Source: an uncultured Gammaproteobacteria bacterium
Lineage (GTDB): Bacteria > Patescibacteriota > Microgenomatia > Levybacterales > UBA12049
DNA: 64,000 nt
Direction of reading: 5' to 3'
NCBI GenBank assembly: GCA_965230895.1
Contig: OZ246394.1
Location: 1,377,887 to 1,441,886 of the forward strand
Positions 43,224 to 53,512 of the stretch are shown here, piece by piece; within the stretch, counting starts at the first letter, position 1; every line of letters starts with the position of its first letter. Below the pieces are notes generated by a model. The model did no database searches. It was not told the DNA's origin and was given only the letters and a program-made list of their open reading frames with translations. The position numbers and the translations under genes were made by a program.

Positions 43224-43253
43224 TTGACTTTACACATGAGCTCTTCTTATATT
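43224..43253 (+). promoter_or_regulatory. Promoter of the giant fibre gene
   Basis: TTGACT-N18-TATATT. Confidence 0.5.
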
Positions 43254-43279
43254 AATTATGGTACCAATTTTCCTAGATT

Positions 43280-46200
43280 ATGAAGTATATCTTGCCCGTC
43301 CTGCGCCAAAAATCTTATTTGAGGCTAACTAGCCTTATTCTTTGCGTGGTAGTAGCTTCGGGAAGTATATTCATGGCTATCAAGCCTGCTTTTGCTGCTA
43401 CAGGAATTAACCAGACCATCAACTTCCAAGGTAAGTTAGTCGGTTCAACAGGATTGAATGTAGCTGATAGCACGTACAGCGTCGTTTTCACGCTCTATGA
43501 TGCGAGCTCAGGAGGCACGAACCTCTGGGACGAAACGCAAAGCGTATCGACCACTGATGGTATCTTCCAGGTTCAGTTAGGTTCAGTCGATACAACTTTG
43601 GGCAATGTCGATTTCAACACAGATAATCTCTATCTCGGCATCAAAGTCGGAGCTGATGCAGAAATGACTCCTCGTATTCGTTTTGCGGCAGTTCCATATG
43701 CCTTCAATGCTCAAAAAGTAGCAGGTTTGACAGTCACAAATACGACTGGAACACTTACTATACCAAATGGCAAGACAATCGAATTTGCCGACTCATTCAC
43801 TACTACAGGGGGAAATGCTCTAACTCTAGCCACAACTGGCACTACAAGTATCACTTTGCCAACTACAGGCACCCTACTGACAAACACTGCCACATCAAAC
43901 CAAACGATTACATCGACTCAGACTTCAGGCACGATTTTGGGATTAACTGACTCAACAAACATTACTGGCGCAACTACAGGACTAGCCATAAGCATGACTG
44001 GTACGGGTGCGTTTGATCAGACTGGCTTATCTTTTAACTTGTCTGGAGCAACTGGATCCAACACAAATGATATCGTCGGATCCGGTGGGACATGGAAAGT
44101 TAGCAGATCTGGTGACCTTACTGTTAATTCATGTACAGGTTGTACTGGCGGCCTAGCTAATTATTGGAGACTGGCAAATGGTGCATTCTCACCTGTCAAT
44201 GATACGACTGATCTTTTGATCGGAAGTGCAGCTTCAGCGTCTGCGAAGTTTGGCTTCCTCAACGTCGCAAATGGTGGAACTCCAACCGCATCTATCTCCG
44301 CCAACTCCGGAAATAATGCGACATACCTCATGGGTACCGGTATTCTCGCAACAACAAACAAACAAACGCTTACCTTGGGTCAAGCATCGACCGGAAATAT
44401 TGTAATTGGTACGGATGCTACTGCGCGCACTGTTACGATTGGCAACAATACTGGAGCGAGTGCCTTAGCGTTTACTTCAGGGACGGCAGCTCAAACATTT
44501 ACTTCATCAGCGACTACAGGAACAGCATTCTCTTTTGTCGGTAACTCAGTCAACACAGGAACTGGTCTTGGATTGACTGCAAATGGTTTGACGAATGGTA
44601 ATGCACTTTCAGTCACGTCAACTGCGACAGCGCTTGGATCAGGAAGGATGCTTAATATATCAAAGACAGGAGCTTCTGGATCAACTGCCTTCACAGGCGA
44701 TATCGCAAACATTGCTTACTCACAAACATTCAACAATGGAGTTGGCCTTAATCATACAGGCAATGTTATGGACCTCTCCCGAAATATTACATTGAACGTA
44801 GCTCAGACTCAAACAATTTCAGGTGCATTGATGTCACTCTCTGATTCAGCGACACAATCACTCGGTACGCTTAACAGCACAGCAGATGTCCTTGCGATCA
44901 CTCAGAACTATGCAGCAAACACTGGAGCTGCATTGAATATAACATCTGCTACAAATAATGGCTTAATCTTCCGAGCGAATGATGATGGAACTCTCACTGA
45001 TTCGACCCCATTTGTTATAGATGGAGGTGGTGAAGTCGGTATCGGGACAACGGCACCAAACGCTACATTGGATGCTCGAGGAATCCTCGGGACAACTCCA
45101 GTCGCTTCATTCTCTGGTTCTACAGCGATGGCATCAATGGTCGTTGACCAATCAGGCATTGGAGATCTCTTTACCGCGAGTAAATCCGGAGCTACCAAGT
45201 TTGCCGTTTTAAACAATGGAAACCTCTCTATGAATAACTACAACAACTGTACGATGTTGACGACAATCGGAACTGTCTTAACTTGTGGCTCTTCTCCAGC
45301 TGCGTCTACACAATATGTTCGATTAAATAATGGTGCCTTCTCATTTGTGAACGACACGGCTGATTTTCTTATCGGAAACACATCATCAGCCTCAGCGAAG
45401 TTTGCTTTCCTCAATGTGAACTCTGGAACACCAACTGCATCGATTTCTGCGAATTCTGGCAACAATGCTGCATACTTTTCAGGAGATGGTGTCCTGGGGA
45501 CAACTAATGCACAGACATTGCAATTAGGATCAGCGTCAACCGGAGATATTCAATTAAAGCCTGGAAATAATGCAAATAGTTTATATCTTGCTTCAAGTGG
45601 ACGAGTAAGTATCGGAAATCCTGCATTAACAACAGGAGTTGTAAATCTCGTAAATAATGGTCTTCCAACGGGTGATCCAACTTTGGTCATCCAACAAGGT
45701 ACAGGACAAACCGGAGACTTGATGCAATTCAGAAATTCCTTGGGAAATCTCATCGGCAAAGTTGATTCTTCAGGAAATATCGCAGCGCCAAACTTTGTCG
45801 ACCTTGCGGGAACAGGTCCATATCTATCCTTCGGAGGCGCAGCAACAATTTTGGATACTCGTACAGGGAGCAATACTGGATTAGTTCTCAAAGCCGGTGG
45901 AACAACACAAACAGGTAACTTGCTTGAAGTACAAAATAATGGCGGTGGAGTGCTTTCAAAGTTTAATGGCATCGGCCAGTTGGGTCTCGGTGCTGGAACA
46001 AATAGTTTGCTTGCGACACTTGATGCTCGAGCCCTCTCTGGTACGCAGCCAGTGGCATCTATCTCCGGACAAACAGCACAATCCTCATTGGTTGTTGATC
46101 AATCAGGAACTGGTGATATCTTCGCAGCTTCAAAGTCTGGCGCGACAAAGTTTGTAATCAATAATGCTGGTAATGTACGAATTGCGAACTTTACTTCAAC

Positions 46201-49200
46201 TGATGGTCTTATCACAGCTGATGTTAATGGAGTCTTAACACAAAATGCAAATGCATCACTCAATAGTTTTGGTGACCTCAATACTCGATATATTACGACG
46301 AACGCTACAGTTGAAGCGAGAACCTATCAAGCGAATGAAAACGCGTTAATTGTTAATCAAGGTTCTACTTCACCAACAGCTGCGGCAGCGCTCATTAAAG
46401 GTGGTACAACTCCAGGGGCTACTGCAGATCTTTTGCAACTCCAAAACAGTGGAAGCACTACGCTTGCACGATTCAATAGAAATGGCCAATTAGTAATCCA
46501 AGCAAATGGTGGCACAACACCAAATGCTTCAATCTCTGGAACTACAAGTTTCGCGTCTCAAATCGTTGATCAGGCTGGTGTAGGTGACATTTTCACTGCC
46601 TCAAAATCTGGTGCAACCAAATTCACAATCTTGAACAATGGCAACCTCTCAATGAACAATTACAATAACTGCGGAATGTTAACAACAACAGGAACTGTTC
46701 TGACATGTAGTTCTGCACCGGCAGGTGGAACTAACTATTGGAACCTCGCAAGTGGAACTTTGGCTCCAGTAAATACGACGCTTGATCTGTTGGTCGGAGG
46801 GACAGCCAGTAATTCAGCAAAGTTCGCAGTACTTAATATGAATTCAGGAACTCCAACAGCAAGTATTTCAGCAAATTCAGGTGGGAATGCAACATACCTA
46901 ACTGGAGACGGCACACTGTCCACAACACTTAATAAGACATTGAGTTTGAATCCAAATGGAGGAAACGTAGGAATCGGGACAACAAATGCTACACAAAAGC
47001 TTACAGTGAATGGAAGAATCAGAACAGATGGAGGTATGGTCTTCAGTCAAGGATTAGCTCCAACAGCTAATTTCATTTATGTCGGAGGAGATACTGCTGG
47101 CGCTACAGATCAACAGTTTGGGTTTGTCCTTGCAGGAGTTGGTTCAACCACAACTGCACAAGGAGGATACTTTGTAGGCCGCGGAAATAACTTTAGTGAC
47201 ATCTTGAATCAGAGAGGAAATATGTATTTTGCTGCAGGTAATCCAAGCTCACCAGGCGCACTTGAAGGATCGCTCAACTTCTTAACAGGAAATGAAGTGA
47301 ATAGAATGATGATTACAAACGCTGGTACCATCGGTGTTGGGACGACATCTCCTTTGGCAACACTTGATGTTCGAGGACAATCTGGAACACTTCCAGTTGC
47401 ATCTGTTTCAGGTCTTACCGCAATGGCGGCTTTGGTTGTAAATAATAATGGCATAGGAGATCTCTTTACAGCGTCAAAGAGTGGATCTACAAAAGTTGCC
47501 ATCACAAACACAGGAACACTCGCAGTTGGTTCATTTACACGAGCATCAGCTGCGACAACTCCAAAGGATCAACTCCATCTTTGGGGCAATGGTTCGTTGG
47601 GGAGTAATGCAATTATCCATTTCGGTGACGTCGCTAATGATTCCAATGCATATATTAAAGAAGCAACAACAGGTGATAGTGATCAACTGGAACTTGGTGG
47701 GCGACAAGGTTTGATCTTTGCAACTGGTACAAATACCTCTTATGGATTTGAACGAATGAGAATCGATGCAAGTGGAAACGTGGCAATTAATAATACTGGA
47801 ACTGCACAAGCTACATTTGATGTTCGAGGCATATCAGGTACAAATCCAGTTGCATCAGTATCAGGTACAACTTCACGGGCAGCAATGGTGGTAAACAATG
47901 ATGGTGTGGGAGATCTCTTCACTGCAAGTAAATCTGGATTACCAAGATTTGTCATCGACAATAGCGGTAATGTAAAGATCGGTACATCAGTATCAGGTGC
48001 AAGACTTCAAGTAACAGGAAACAGTGGTTATGGTGTACTTCTCGGCGCTGGTGCTGGTGGAGGAAATACAATTGACGGAACTTTAAATGGTGTAGCAAAT
48101 GAAGCTTTATGGCTTAACTCAATCTCAGAAAAAGATGTTTATATCGTTCCAAATAATGGAAGTGTCGGTGTTGGTACGAACGATTCAAGTGAGGGAAAGC
48201 TCACCGTAGCCGGGACATATACGAACGCAGCTTCTGATTATTCCGGTCTATTCGTCAATCCAACCTTTAGCCAAACGAGTAATAGCAGTAATGCATATTA
48301 TGGAACTCGAACCCAAGCTCTCTATGGAAGTGCATTTAACCTTGCAGAATTGGATGGAGCAGTCAATAACAGTGCCTTCTATGGAGCGGGGACACTCACG
48401 ATCTTGCGAGGATCATACAATCAGGCAAGTATCTCTCAGGGGACCACCGGTACTGCAAATTATGCTCAAGGTGTGGTTGGTGAAGTTGTCCATCGAGGCG
48501 TGGGAACAATTGTAGAAGCAACAGGTCTCGTTGGTACCGTCAGTCTCCAATCAAGTGGCACAGGTAACGATGGAGAAATCACAGGAGCTGCAGGTGTGAT
48601 TGGTTATGTCCAAAATAACCTCAGTGCAAACACAGGAACAATTGGTACCGGAACAGCGATCTATGCAGGCGCACCAACCGCATCAGCAAATGCTCCAATC
48701 ACAAACACAAGAGGTGTCTATATCGAGAACCAAGGATCTGCTGGCGTAACCAATGCAACAGGTCTCTACGTAGAAGGACAAAGCGGAGCAAGCGGCACAA
48801 ACTATGCCGCAATCTTTGCTAGTGGAAGAGTAGGTATCGGTACAACTGGACCTGCTGCGGTTTTGGATGTAAATGGAGATATTAAGGCGAGTGCAACAAT
48901 AACAAATACAGGATCTCTTGCTGGGCTTTCTATGGCAGTGGGTAATGATTCAGATGCAGATACACTCAGTGCTCTTTCAATTGATGTTACATCCGCATCC
49001 ACTGGAGATTCTGATAATGTCTACGGTCTTAATGTTGGCAATTTGACGGGAGCTGGTTCAACAGTAAACGAAAGTGGAATTAGAGTTGGAACTGGCTGGG
49101 ACAATGATATTGAATTCTCAGATAGTGCTCCAAATATCAAACTTGGTGCCACAGATAATACTTCAGAACTTACATTTACTGATGCTTCTTCAAATGTTCT

Positions 49201-50863
49201 CTTGAGAATGAGAGATATGAGTACTAACTTTGGAGCAGCGCTTTATGCGGGTGCATTTATTAACTTTAACAGTATGGTAGCTGAAGAATTCAATAGAACC
49301 CGTACTTCATTGTCTGCTGATACAACTGGTGCTCAGAATGGTGCTTTTGGTAACGGTGGTGGATGGGGTGTTTATGAAGGTGGAACAACTCCGAATTGTA
49401 CCTTTTCGACGCTTGCAGATACTGTCAATGGTATTACTCGCATGTCAGCGAACGCTGCTGCAACAGGTTGTATGACTATGATAGATGACTCAATAAATAA
49501 CGCAAAGCTTATGTATAACGTTTCAAATCTGCCAATCATCGTTATGAAAATTCGACCATCCCAAGCTGATACTACAAGTGGAGTATATGCTGGATTAGGA
49601 GATTCAACTGATGGTGCTGTTGCTGCCCCCACTAATTTTATTGGATTTTCAAACGATAATGCTGGAACACTTGGAAACACTTGGAGAGGCATTACTCGAT
49701 CAGGAGGAACCTCTACTACAGTTACATGTACTGGACAAACAGTTTCGACAACCCAATTTGCACTTCTTGTTATTGAAGTACGATCTTCTACAAGTGTTCG
49801 ATTCTTTATGGATAATGATGTTTCAAATGGTGTCAATTTGACTGAATGCGGATCGGGGAGTACTACCAATATTTATACAAGTAATCTTGCTCCTCAAATT
49901 CATTGGCAAGAAAGAAGTGGTGGATCAGCTTCCAATTTGGACTTAGACTTCTATCGAACTTGGCAGGACGATGCTCCAATGACTGATGGACTTACTGCTT
50001 CGCAGCCAGAAGCTTTAACTTTTGACGCTCCAGCTTCTGAATCAGCCACACTTGATACTCATGATGTTGTCTTGAGTACCTTAACTCAAGATGAAACAAG
50101 CGAGGGTGCAGATATCGAAGATGATACAACTGGAGAACTTTTAGCTGGACTGGATCCATTAAAAGGACGAGTTGATGAACTTGAAAATAAAGTTGCTTCA
50201 ATGGAGGCAAAACTTAATGATGTCAATATTGCAACACCGGCTGCATTTACAACTGTGTCTGTCGAGTCATCAAACTCTGCAGAAACAACTGAACTTGTGA
50301 AAACAGATAACTTGTCAGTTGCGGGGCTTGCGACTGTTTCAGCGAATTTGAGAGTCCAAGGGAACGGTTTGATCGAAGGTATCCTCAATGTCGTCGATAC
50401 ACTTACGGTAAGCAATTTCATCGTCAATAAATTGGCAACATTCTTTGGTGACGTTGTTTTCCATAGTGATGTCATTTTCAAAGGCACACCATACTTCAAT
50501 GCAGACACTGCTGGTTATGTCACTATCGCAAAGGGTTCAGACAAAGCAGAAGTGAAATTCACTAAGCCATACAAGAATGAACCAGTAGTCAATGCAAGTG
50601 TTGTGACGACAAAGCTTTCAGATGATGCGTTCAAGAAGCATGTTGAAGAAAACACATGCGAAGCAGATAAAGGAAAAGATATGTGTGAGCAAGTTGCTAC
50701 ACAAGAAGCGCTTGAAGATTCAATGCCATACATTATTGCATCTCGATCCAAAGAAGGATTTACCATTTTACTTTCTCAACCAGCCACCCAAGATCTAACG
50801 TTCTCATGGAGTGCGCTTGCGGTGATTCAGGCAGAAGAACTTGTGAAAGGAGGTGATAGATAA
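43280..50863 (+). CDS. Giant (2527 aa) secreted or membrane-anchored repeat protein, tail-fibre/adhesin-like
   Basis: N-terminal TM/signal, INFQGKL..LW.ETQ domain, G/S/T/N-rich repeats (5x GD.F.ASKSG, 3x TPTASISANSG, VGIGTT motifs), beta-sandwich, short coiled coil, C-terminal FTI..FSW domain. Confidence 0.85.
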   Translation: MKYILPVLRQKSYLRLTSLILCVVVASGSIFMAIKPAFAATGINQTINFQGKLVGSTGLNVADSTYSVVFTLYDASSGGTNLWDETQSVSTTDGIFQVQLGSVDTTLGNVDFNTDNLYLGIKVGADAEMTPRIRFAAVPYAFNAQKVAGLTVTNTTGTLTIPNGKTIEFADSFTTTGGNALTLATTGTTSITLPTTGTLLTNTATSNQTITSTQTSGTILGLTDSTNITGATTGLAISMTGTGAFDQTGLSFNLSGATGSNTNDIVGSGGTWKVSRSGDLTVNSCTGCTGGLANYWRLANGAFSPVNDTTDLLIGSAASASAKFGFLNVANGGTPTASISANSGNNATYLMGTGILATTNKQTLTLGQASTGNIVIGTDATARTVTIGNNTGASALAFTSGTAAQTFTSSATTGTAFSFVGNSVNTGTGLGLTANGLTNGNALSVTSTATALGSGRMLNISKTGASGSTAFTGDIANIAYSQTFNNGVGLNHTGNVMDLSRNITLNVAQTQTISGALMSLSDSATQSLGTLNSTADVLAITQNYAANTGAALNITSATNNGLIFRANDDGTLTDSTPFVIDGGGEVGIGTTAPNATLDARGILGTTPVASFSGSTAMASMVVDQSGIGDLFTASKSGATKFAVLNNGNLSMNNYNNCTMLTTIGTVLTCGSSPAASTQYVRLNNGAFSFVNDTADFLIGNTSSASAKFAFLNVNSGTPTASISANSGNNAAYFSGDGVLGTTNAQTLQLGSASTGDIQLKPGNNANSLYLASSGRVSIGNPALTTGVVNLVNNGLPTGDPTLVIQQGTGQTGDLMQFRNSLGNLIGKVDSSGNIAAPNFVDLAGTGPYLSFGGAATILDTRTGSNTGLVLKAGGTTQTGNLLEVQNNGGGVLSKFNGIGQLGLGAGTNSLLATLDARALSGTQPVASISGQTAQSSLVVDQSGTGDIFAASKSGATKFVINNAGNVRIANFTSTDGLITADVNGVLTQNANASLNSFGDLNTRYITTNATVEARTYQANENALIVNQGSTSPTAAAALIKGGTTPGATADLLQLQNSGSTTLARFNRNGQLVIQANGGTTPNASISGTTSFASQIVDQAGVGDIFTASKSGATKFTILNNGNLSMNNYNNCGMLTTTGTVLTCSSAPAGGTNYWNLASGTLAPVNTTLDLLVGGTASNSAKFAVLNMNSGTPTASISANSGGNATYLTGDGTLSTTLNKTLSLNPNGGNVGIGTTNATQKLTVNGRIRTDGGMVFSQGLAPTANFIYVGGDTAGATDQQFGFVLAGVGSTTTAQGGYFVGRGNNFSDILNQRGNMYFAAGNPSSPGALEGSLNFLTGNEVNRMMITNAGTIGVGTTSPLATLDVRGQSGTLPVASVSGLTAMAALVVNNNGIGDLFTASKSGSTKVAITNTGTLAVGSFTRASAATTPKDQLHLWGNGSLGSNAIIHFGDVANDSNAYIKEATTGDSDQLELGGRQGLIFATGTNTSYGFERMRIDASGNVAINNTGTAQATFDVRGISGTNPVASVSGTTSRAAMVVNNDGVGDLFTASKSGLPRFVIDNSGNVKIGTSVSGARLQVTGNSGYGVLLGAGAGGGNTIDGTLNGVANEALWLNSISEKDVYIVPNNGSVGVGTNDSSEGKLTVAGTYTNAASDYSGLFVNPTFSQTSNSSNAYYGTRTQALYGSAFNLAELDGAVNNSAFYGAGTLTILRGSYNQASISQGTTGTANYAQGVVGEVVHRGVGTIVEATGLVGTVSLQSSGTGNDGEITGAAGVIGYVQNNLSANTGTIGTGTAIYAGAPTASANAPITNTRGVYIENQGSAGVTNATGLYVEGQSGASGTNYAAIFASGRVGIGTTGPAAVLDVNGDIKASATITNTGSLAGLSMAVGNDSDADTLSALSIDVTSASTGDSDNVYGLNVGNLTGAGSTVNESGIRVGTGWDNDIEFSDSAPNIKLGATDNTSELTFTDASSNVLLRMRDMSTNFGAALYAGAFINFNSMVAEEFNRTRTSLSADTTGAQNGAFGNGGGWGVYEGGTTPNCTFSTLADTVNGITRMSANAAATGCMTMIDDSINNAKLMYNVSNLPIIVMKIRPSQADTTSGVYAGLGDSTDGAVAAPTNFIGFSNDNAGTLGNTWRGITRSGGTSTTVTCTGQTVSTTQFALLVIEVRSSTSVRFFMDNDVSNGVNLTECGSGSTTNIYTSNLAPQIHWQERSGGSASNLDLDFYRTWQDDAPMTDGLTASQPEALTFDAPASESATLDTHDVVLSTLTQDETSEGADIEDDTTGELLAGLDPLKGRVDELENKVASMEAKLNDVNIATPAAFTTVSVESSNSAETTELVKTDNLSVAGLATVSANLRVQGNGLIEGILNVVDTLTVSNFIVNKLATFFGDVVFHSDVIFKGTPYFNADTAGYVTIAKGSDKAEVKFTKPYKNEPVVNASVVTTKLSDDAFKKHVEENTCEADKGKDMCEQVATQEALEDSMPYIIASRSKEGFTILLSQPATQDLTFSWSALAVIQAEELVKGGDR

Positions 50864-50864
50864 T

Positions 50865-50939
50865 ATGGAACTTTTACGTTCACGTGTGCAACACATGCTC
50901 GATGACATAAGAATTTTGTTCTTAGCGCCAGTCTATTAG
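50865..50939 (+). CDS. Putative 24-aa peptide MELLRSRVQHMLDDIRILFLAPVY
   Basis: Perfect SD AAAGGAGGTGA (50846-50856) 8 nt before the ATG. Confidence 0.4.
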   Translation: MELLRSRVQHMLDDIRILFLAPVY

Positions 50940-51253
50940 ATCCTGTTTGAAAAGTACTCATCTGAGAAGACTTTTCATTACAGGGTCTTATGTGGCTGAT
51001 TTATAATTTAATGGAAATCAGCCGCTTAGATTGCATTTGTCCCAGTTAAAGATTTTGGTTTTGCTTACTCTTTGAGGAGTGTATTCCTTCATTAATGTAC
51101 CGATGTCATCCCTCAAAATAGTCATTCAGCCACTGGCAGGTCCTCAAGCTGAATGCACCCTCAAAGAGTATCGAGGCTAATGGAAGGCTGTAATGTTGAG
51201 CTTGCTTTATAAAATATGTATTTCGTATACTTATGACCGTGGGCGGAAAAGTA

Positions 51254-52186
51254 ATGAGATACGTGTTAATCGTAAGCTTGATTCTCAATGCAGGTCTCCT
51301 GTATTGGTATGTATTTCGTGGAGAACAACCTCAGGGAACTGTAGCTAATATTACAGCAGAGAACAATTACCCGTTATTGTCAGCAGATATTTTGCATGAC
51401 CTTCAACGCGATGTCTTAATCAATTTCTATCCATTAAGGACAGAATTGCGTGAGGCAGTCGAACCTTATGGAGATGACTTTGGATTTTATTTCGAATATC
51501 TTCCGACAGGTACCTCGATTAGTGTGAATTCAAATGACGAGTTCTATGCAGCATCGCTTTTTAAAGTTCCTGTTGTCATGGCATACTATCATGGGAAAGA
51601 GCGCAAGAGGATGACGGATGATCCTGAAGTGGAAATAAAGCAAGAACATCTTGATAAAGAGTTTGGTGATTTATGGAAGAAGGGAGCGGGGACGAAGATG
51701 AAAGCTTCAGAACTCGTCCGATTGTCACTGGTCGAATCAGATAACACTGCGATTAAAGCATTGCTTCCAATTATTGAGCAGCAGGATTTCGTTCCTGTCT
51801 ACAATGGGTTGGATATTGATTTGCATGCAGATAATAATGGTGCGTTAATTTCCGCAAGGACATATGCCTCAATCCTTAAAGCATTACATTATTCATCTGT
51901 TCTTAATAAAGAAGATTCTGAAGAGATTCTCCAAATGCTTTCAGAGACTCCATTTAAGGATAAGATCGTTGCAGGTGTACCTGAAAATATCAATGTCGCC
52001 CACAAAATTGGCGACTTTAGTGCAGGGGAGACAGATCAAGGGTATAGAGATTGTGGTATTGTTTATGAGCCTCGACGTCCATATATTCTTTGCATGTTTT
52101 CAAAAAGCGATGAAGCGACTGCGAGAGAGCGAATGAAAATGGTTTCCTCAAAAGTCTACAAATATGTCTCGACAGTAGCTAAGTAG
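51254..52186 (+). CDS. Membrane-anchored serine beta-lactamase-fold (class A-like) hydrolase/transpeptidase
   Basis: SxxK (ASLFK), SDN, HKIG; N-terminal TM; TTGCTT-N18-TATACT promoter favours ATG 51254. Confidence 0.85.
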   Translation: MRYVLIVSLILNAGLLYWYVFRGEQPQGTVANITAENNYPLLSADILHDLQRDVLINFYPLRTELREAVEPYGDDFGFYFEYLPTGTSISVNSNDEFYAASLFKVPVVMAYYHGKERKRMTDDPEVEIKQEHLDKEFGDLWKKGAGTKMKASELVRLSLVESDNTAIKALLPIIEQQDFVPVYNGLDIDLHADNNGALISARTYASILKALHYSSVLNKEDSEEILQMLSETPFKDKIVAGVPENINVAHKIGDFSAGETDQGYRDCGIVYEPRRPYILCMFSKSDEATARERMKMVSSKVYKYVSTVAK

Positions 52187-52230
52187 CTCGTTTCCTTGAC
52201 ACGTGCGCTCAACTATCTCATAATTAGCTT

Positions 52231-52956
52231 ATGTCTACAGAAGCCTCTGAACAAAAAAAGAAGAAGTTTGGTACGAAATCAATGTTGCTTACTGTATTGT
52301 TTGGCATTATCGTTGCCGGGGCTCTTGGTGGAGCAATCTATTACTTTATGCAATATCAAAATACCCAGGCACTATTGAAGGATCCAACCAAGGCAAGTGC
52401 GGAGAAGTCAAAGTTATTGGTTGAAGAAGTTGGAAAGCTTATGGTACTTCCTCCAAACGAAGCCCCGCAAGTAGCAACTGTATCAGACGTTAACAAACTA
52501 AAACAACAATCATTCTTTGCTCAAGCGAAGAATGGAGACATTGTCTTGATATATACACAAGCGAAAAAAGCAATTCTTTATGATCCAACCCAAAAGAAAG
52601 TTGTTGAAGTTGGCCCAATTAACTTGAGTGATACAACAGCACCTTCAACAGCTCCCGCAAACTCTGCTGTTAGCCCTACAGAACTCCGTGTAGTGCTCTA
52701 TAACGGTACCAAAGTTACTGGCTTATCGAGTACGACAGAAAAAGACTTAACAGCGAAAATGGCGAATGTTACTGTCGTTGCTAAAGGCAATGCTGTTAAG
52801 TCTACGTATACCAAAACAATTGTGGTTGATGTAACCGGTAAGCAGTCTGCAGGTGCCGCTCAAATTGCGAAAACACTTGGTGGAGAAGTTGGTTCTCTTC
52901 CTTCAGGTGAAGCAAAGCCGGCAAATGCTGATATTGCTGTCTTCCTCGGTAGATAA
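52231..52956 (+). CDS. Membrane-anchored protein with LytR C-terminal domain
   Basis: TM helix; VVLYNGTKVTGL..GNA..ADIAVFLG. Confidence 0.8.
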   Translation: MSTEASEQKKKKFGTKSMLLTVLFGIIVAGALGGAIYYFMQYQNTQALLKDPTKASAEKSKLLVEEVGKLMVLPPNEAPQVATVSDVNKLKQQSFFAQAKNGDIVLIYTQAKKAILYDPTQKKVVEVGPINLSDTTAPSTAPANSAVSPTELRVVLYNGTKVTGLSSTTEKDLTAKMANVTVVAKGNAVKSTYTKTIVVDVTGKQSAGAAQIAKTLGGEVGSLPSGEAKPANADIAVFLGR

Positions 52957-53112
52957 CCAATTGTGATATAATACCTTCAAGACGATGTCTTATCTCGCGT
53001 AAGCGAGAAATAAGAGTAAATCCGGTATTCTAGGTATTCAACTTCAGGTTAAGACCTCACAAGTCACTTAGGATGAGTTACGGAACTCGTATCGAAAGGG
53101 GGTGAATCCTAA

Positions 53113-53412
53113 GTGGCAAATCAAGATCAACAAATTCAATGCAAAGACTGCGGTAAAGACTTTACTTGGACTGCAGAAGAGCAAGAATTCTATCAACAAA
53201 AAGGTTTCAGTGCACCATTACGTTGCAAAGATTGTCGTGCAAAAGCGCGAGCAAACTTTGATAACAACCGAGGCGGTGGAGATCGAGGTGAAAGACAATC
53301 CTTCGAAATCACTTGTTCAGAGTGTGGCGCAAAAGACACAGTTCCTTTTAAACCGCGAGGTGACAGGCCTGTTCTTTGCAGAAACTGTTTTAGAAAACAA
53401 AAAGGTGAATAA
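53113..53412 (+). CDS. Zinc-ribbon protein (zf-trcl plus CxxC-x17-CxxC), probable RNA-binding
   Basis: CKDCG..FTWT..EQEFY..KGF..P.RCKDCR and CSECG..VPFKP...RPVLCRNCF; SD AAAGGGGGTGA, GTG start. Confidence 0.88.
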   Translation: MANQDQQIQCKDCGKDFTWTAEEQEFYQQKGFSAPLRCKDCRAKARANFDNNRGGGDRGERQSFEITCSECGAKDTVPFKPRGDRPVLCRNCFRKQKGE

Positions 53413-53438
53413 CTAGAAGTTCTCTAAACGAAACTTAG

Positions 53439-53467
53439 AAACGCAGGGCGAAAGCTCTGCGTTTTTT
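53439..53467 (+). terminator. Intrinsic terminator
   Basis: AAACGCAGGGC-GAAA-GCTCTGCGTTTTTT. Confidence 0.85.
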
Positions 53468-53512
53468 GTTGGAAGAAATTATTGAATAATAATCATGCAA
53501 AAATGAACAACC

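Noticed and set aside
43711-50766. Many antisense ORFs within the giant gene, and similar ones within lig, rpsA, radA and the SAM-fibre gene
   Set aside because: Shadow frames produced by codon bias of the sense gene; no motifs or initiation signals
51254-52186. Antibiotic-resistance class A beta-lactamase
   Set aside because: SxxK, SDN and K.G are present, but the omega-loop region is short with no evident E166 equivalent and the protein is membrane-anchored; a PBP-like role is more likely
53102-53416. 104-aa ORF overlapping the zinc-ribbon gene in another frame
   Set aside because: No motif; the 53113 frame has the SD and clear CxxC domains
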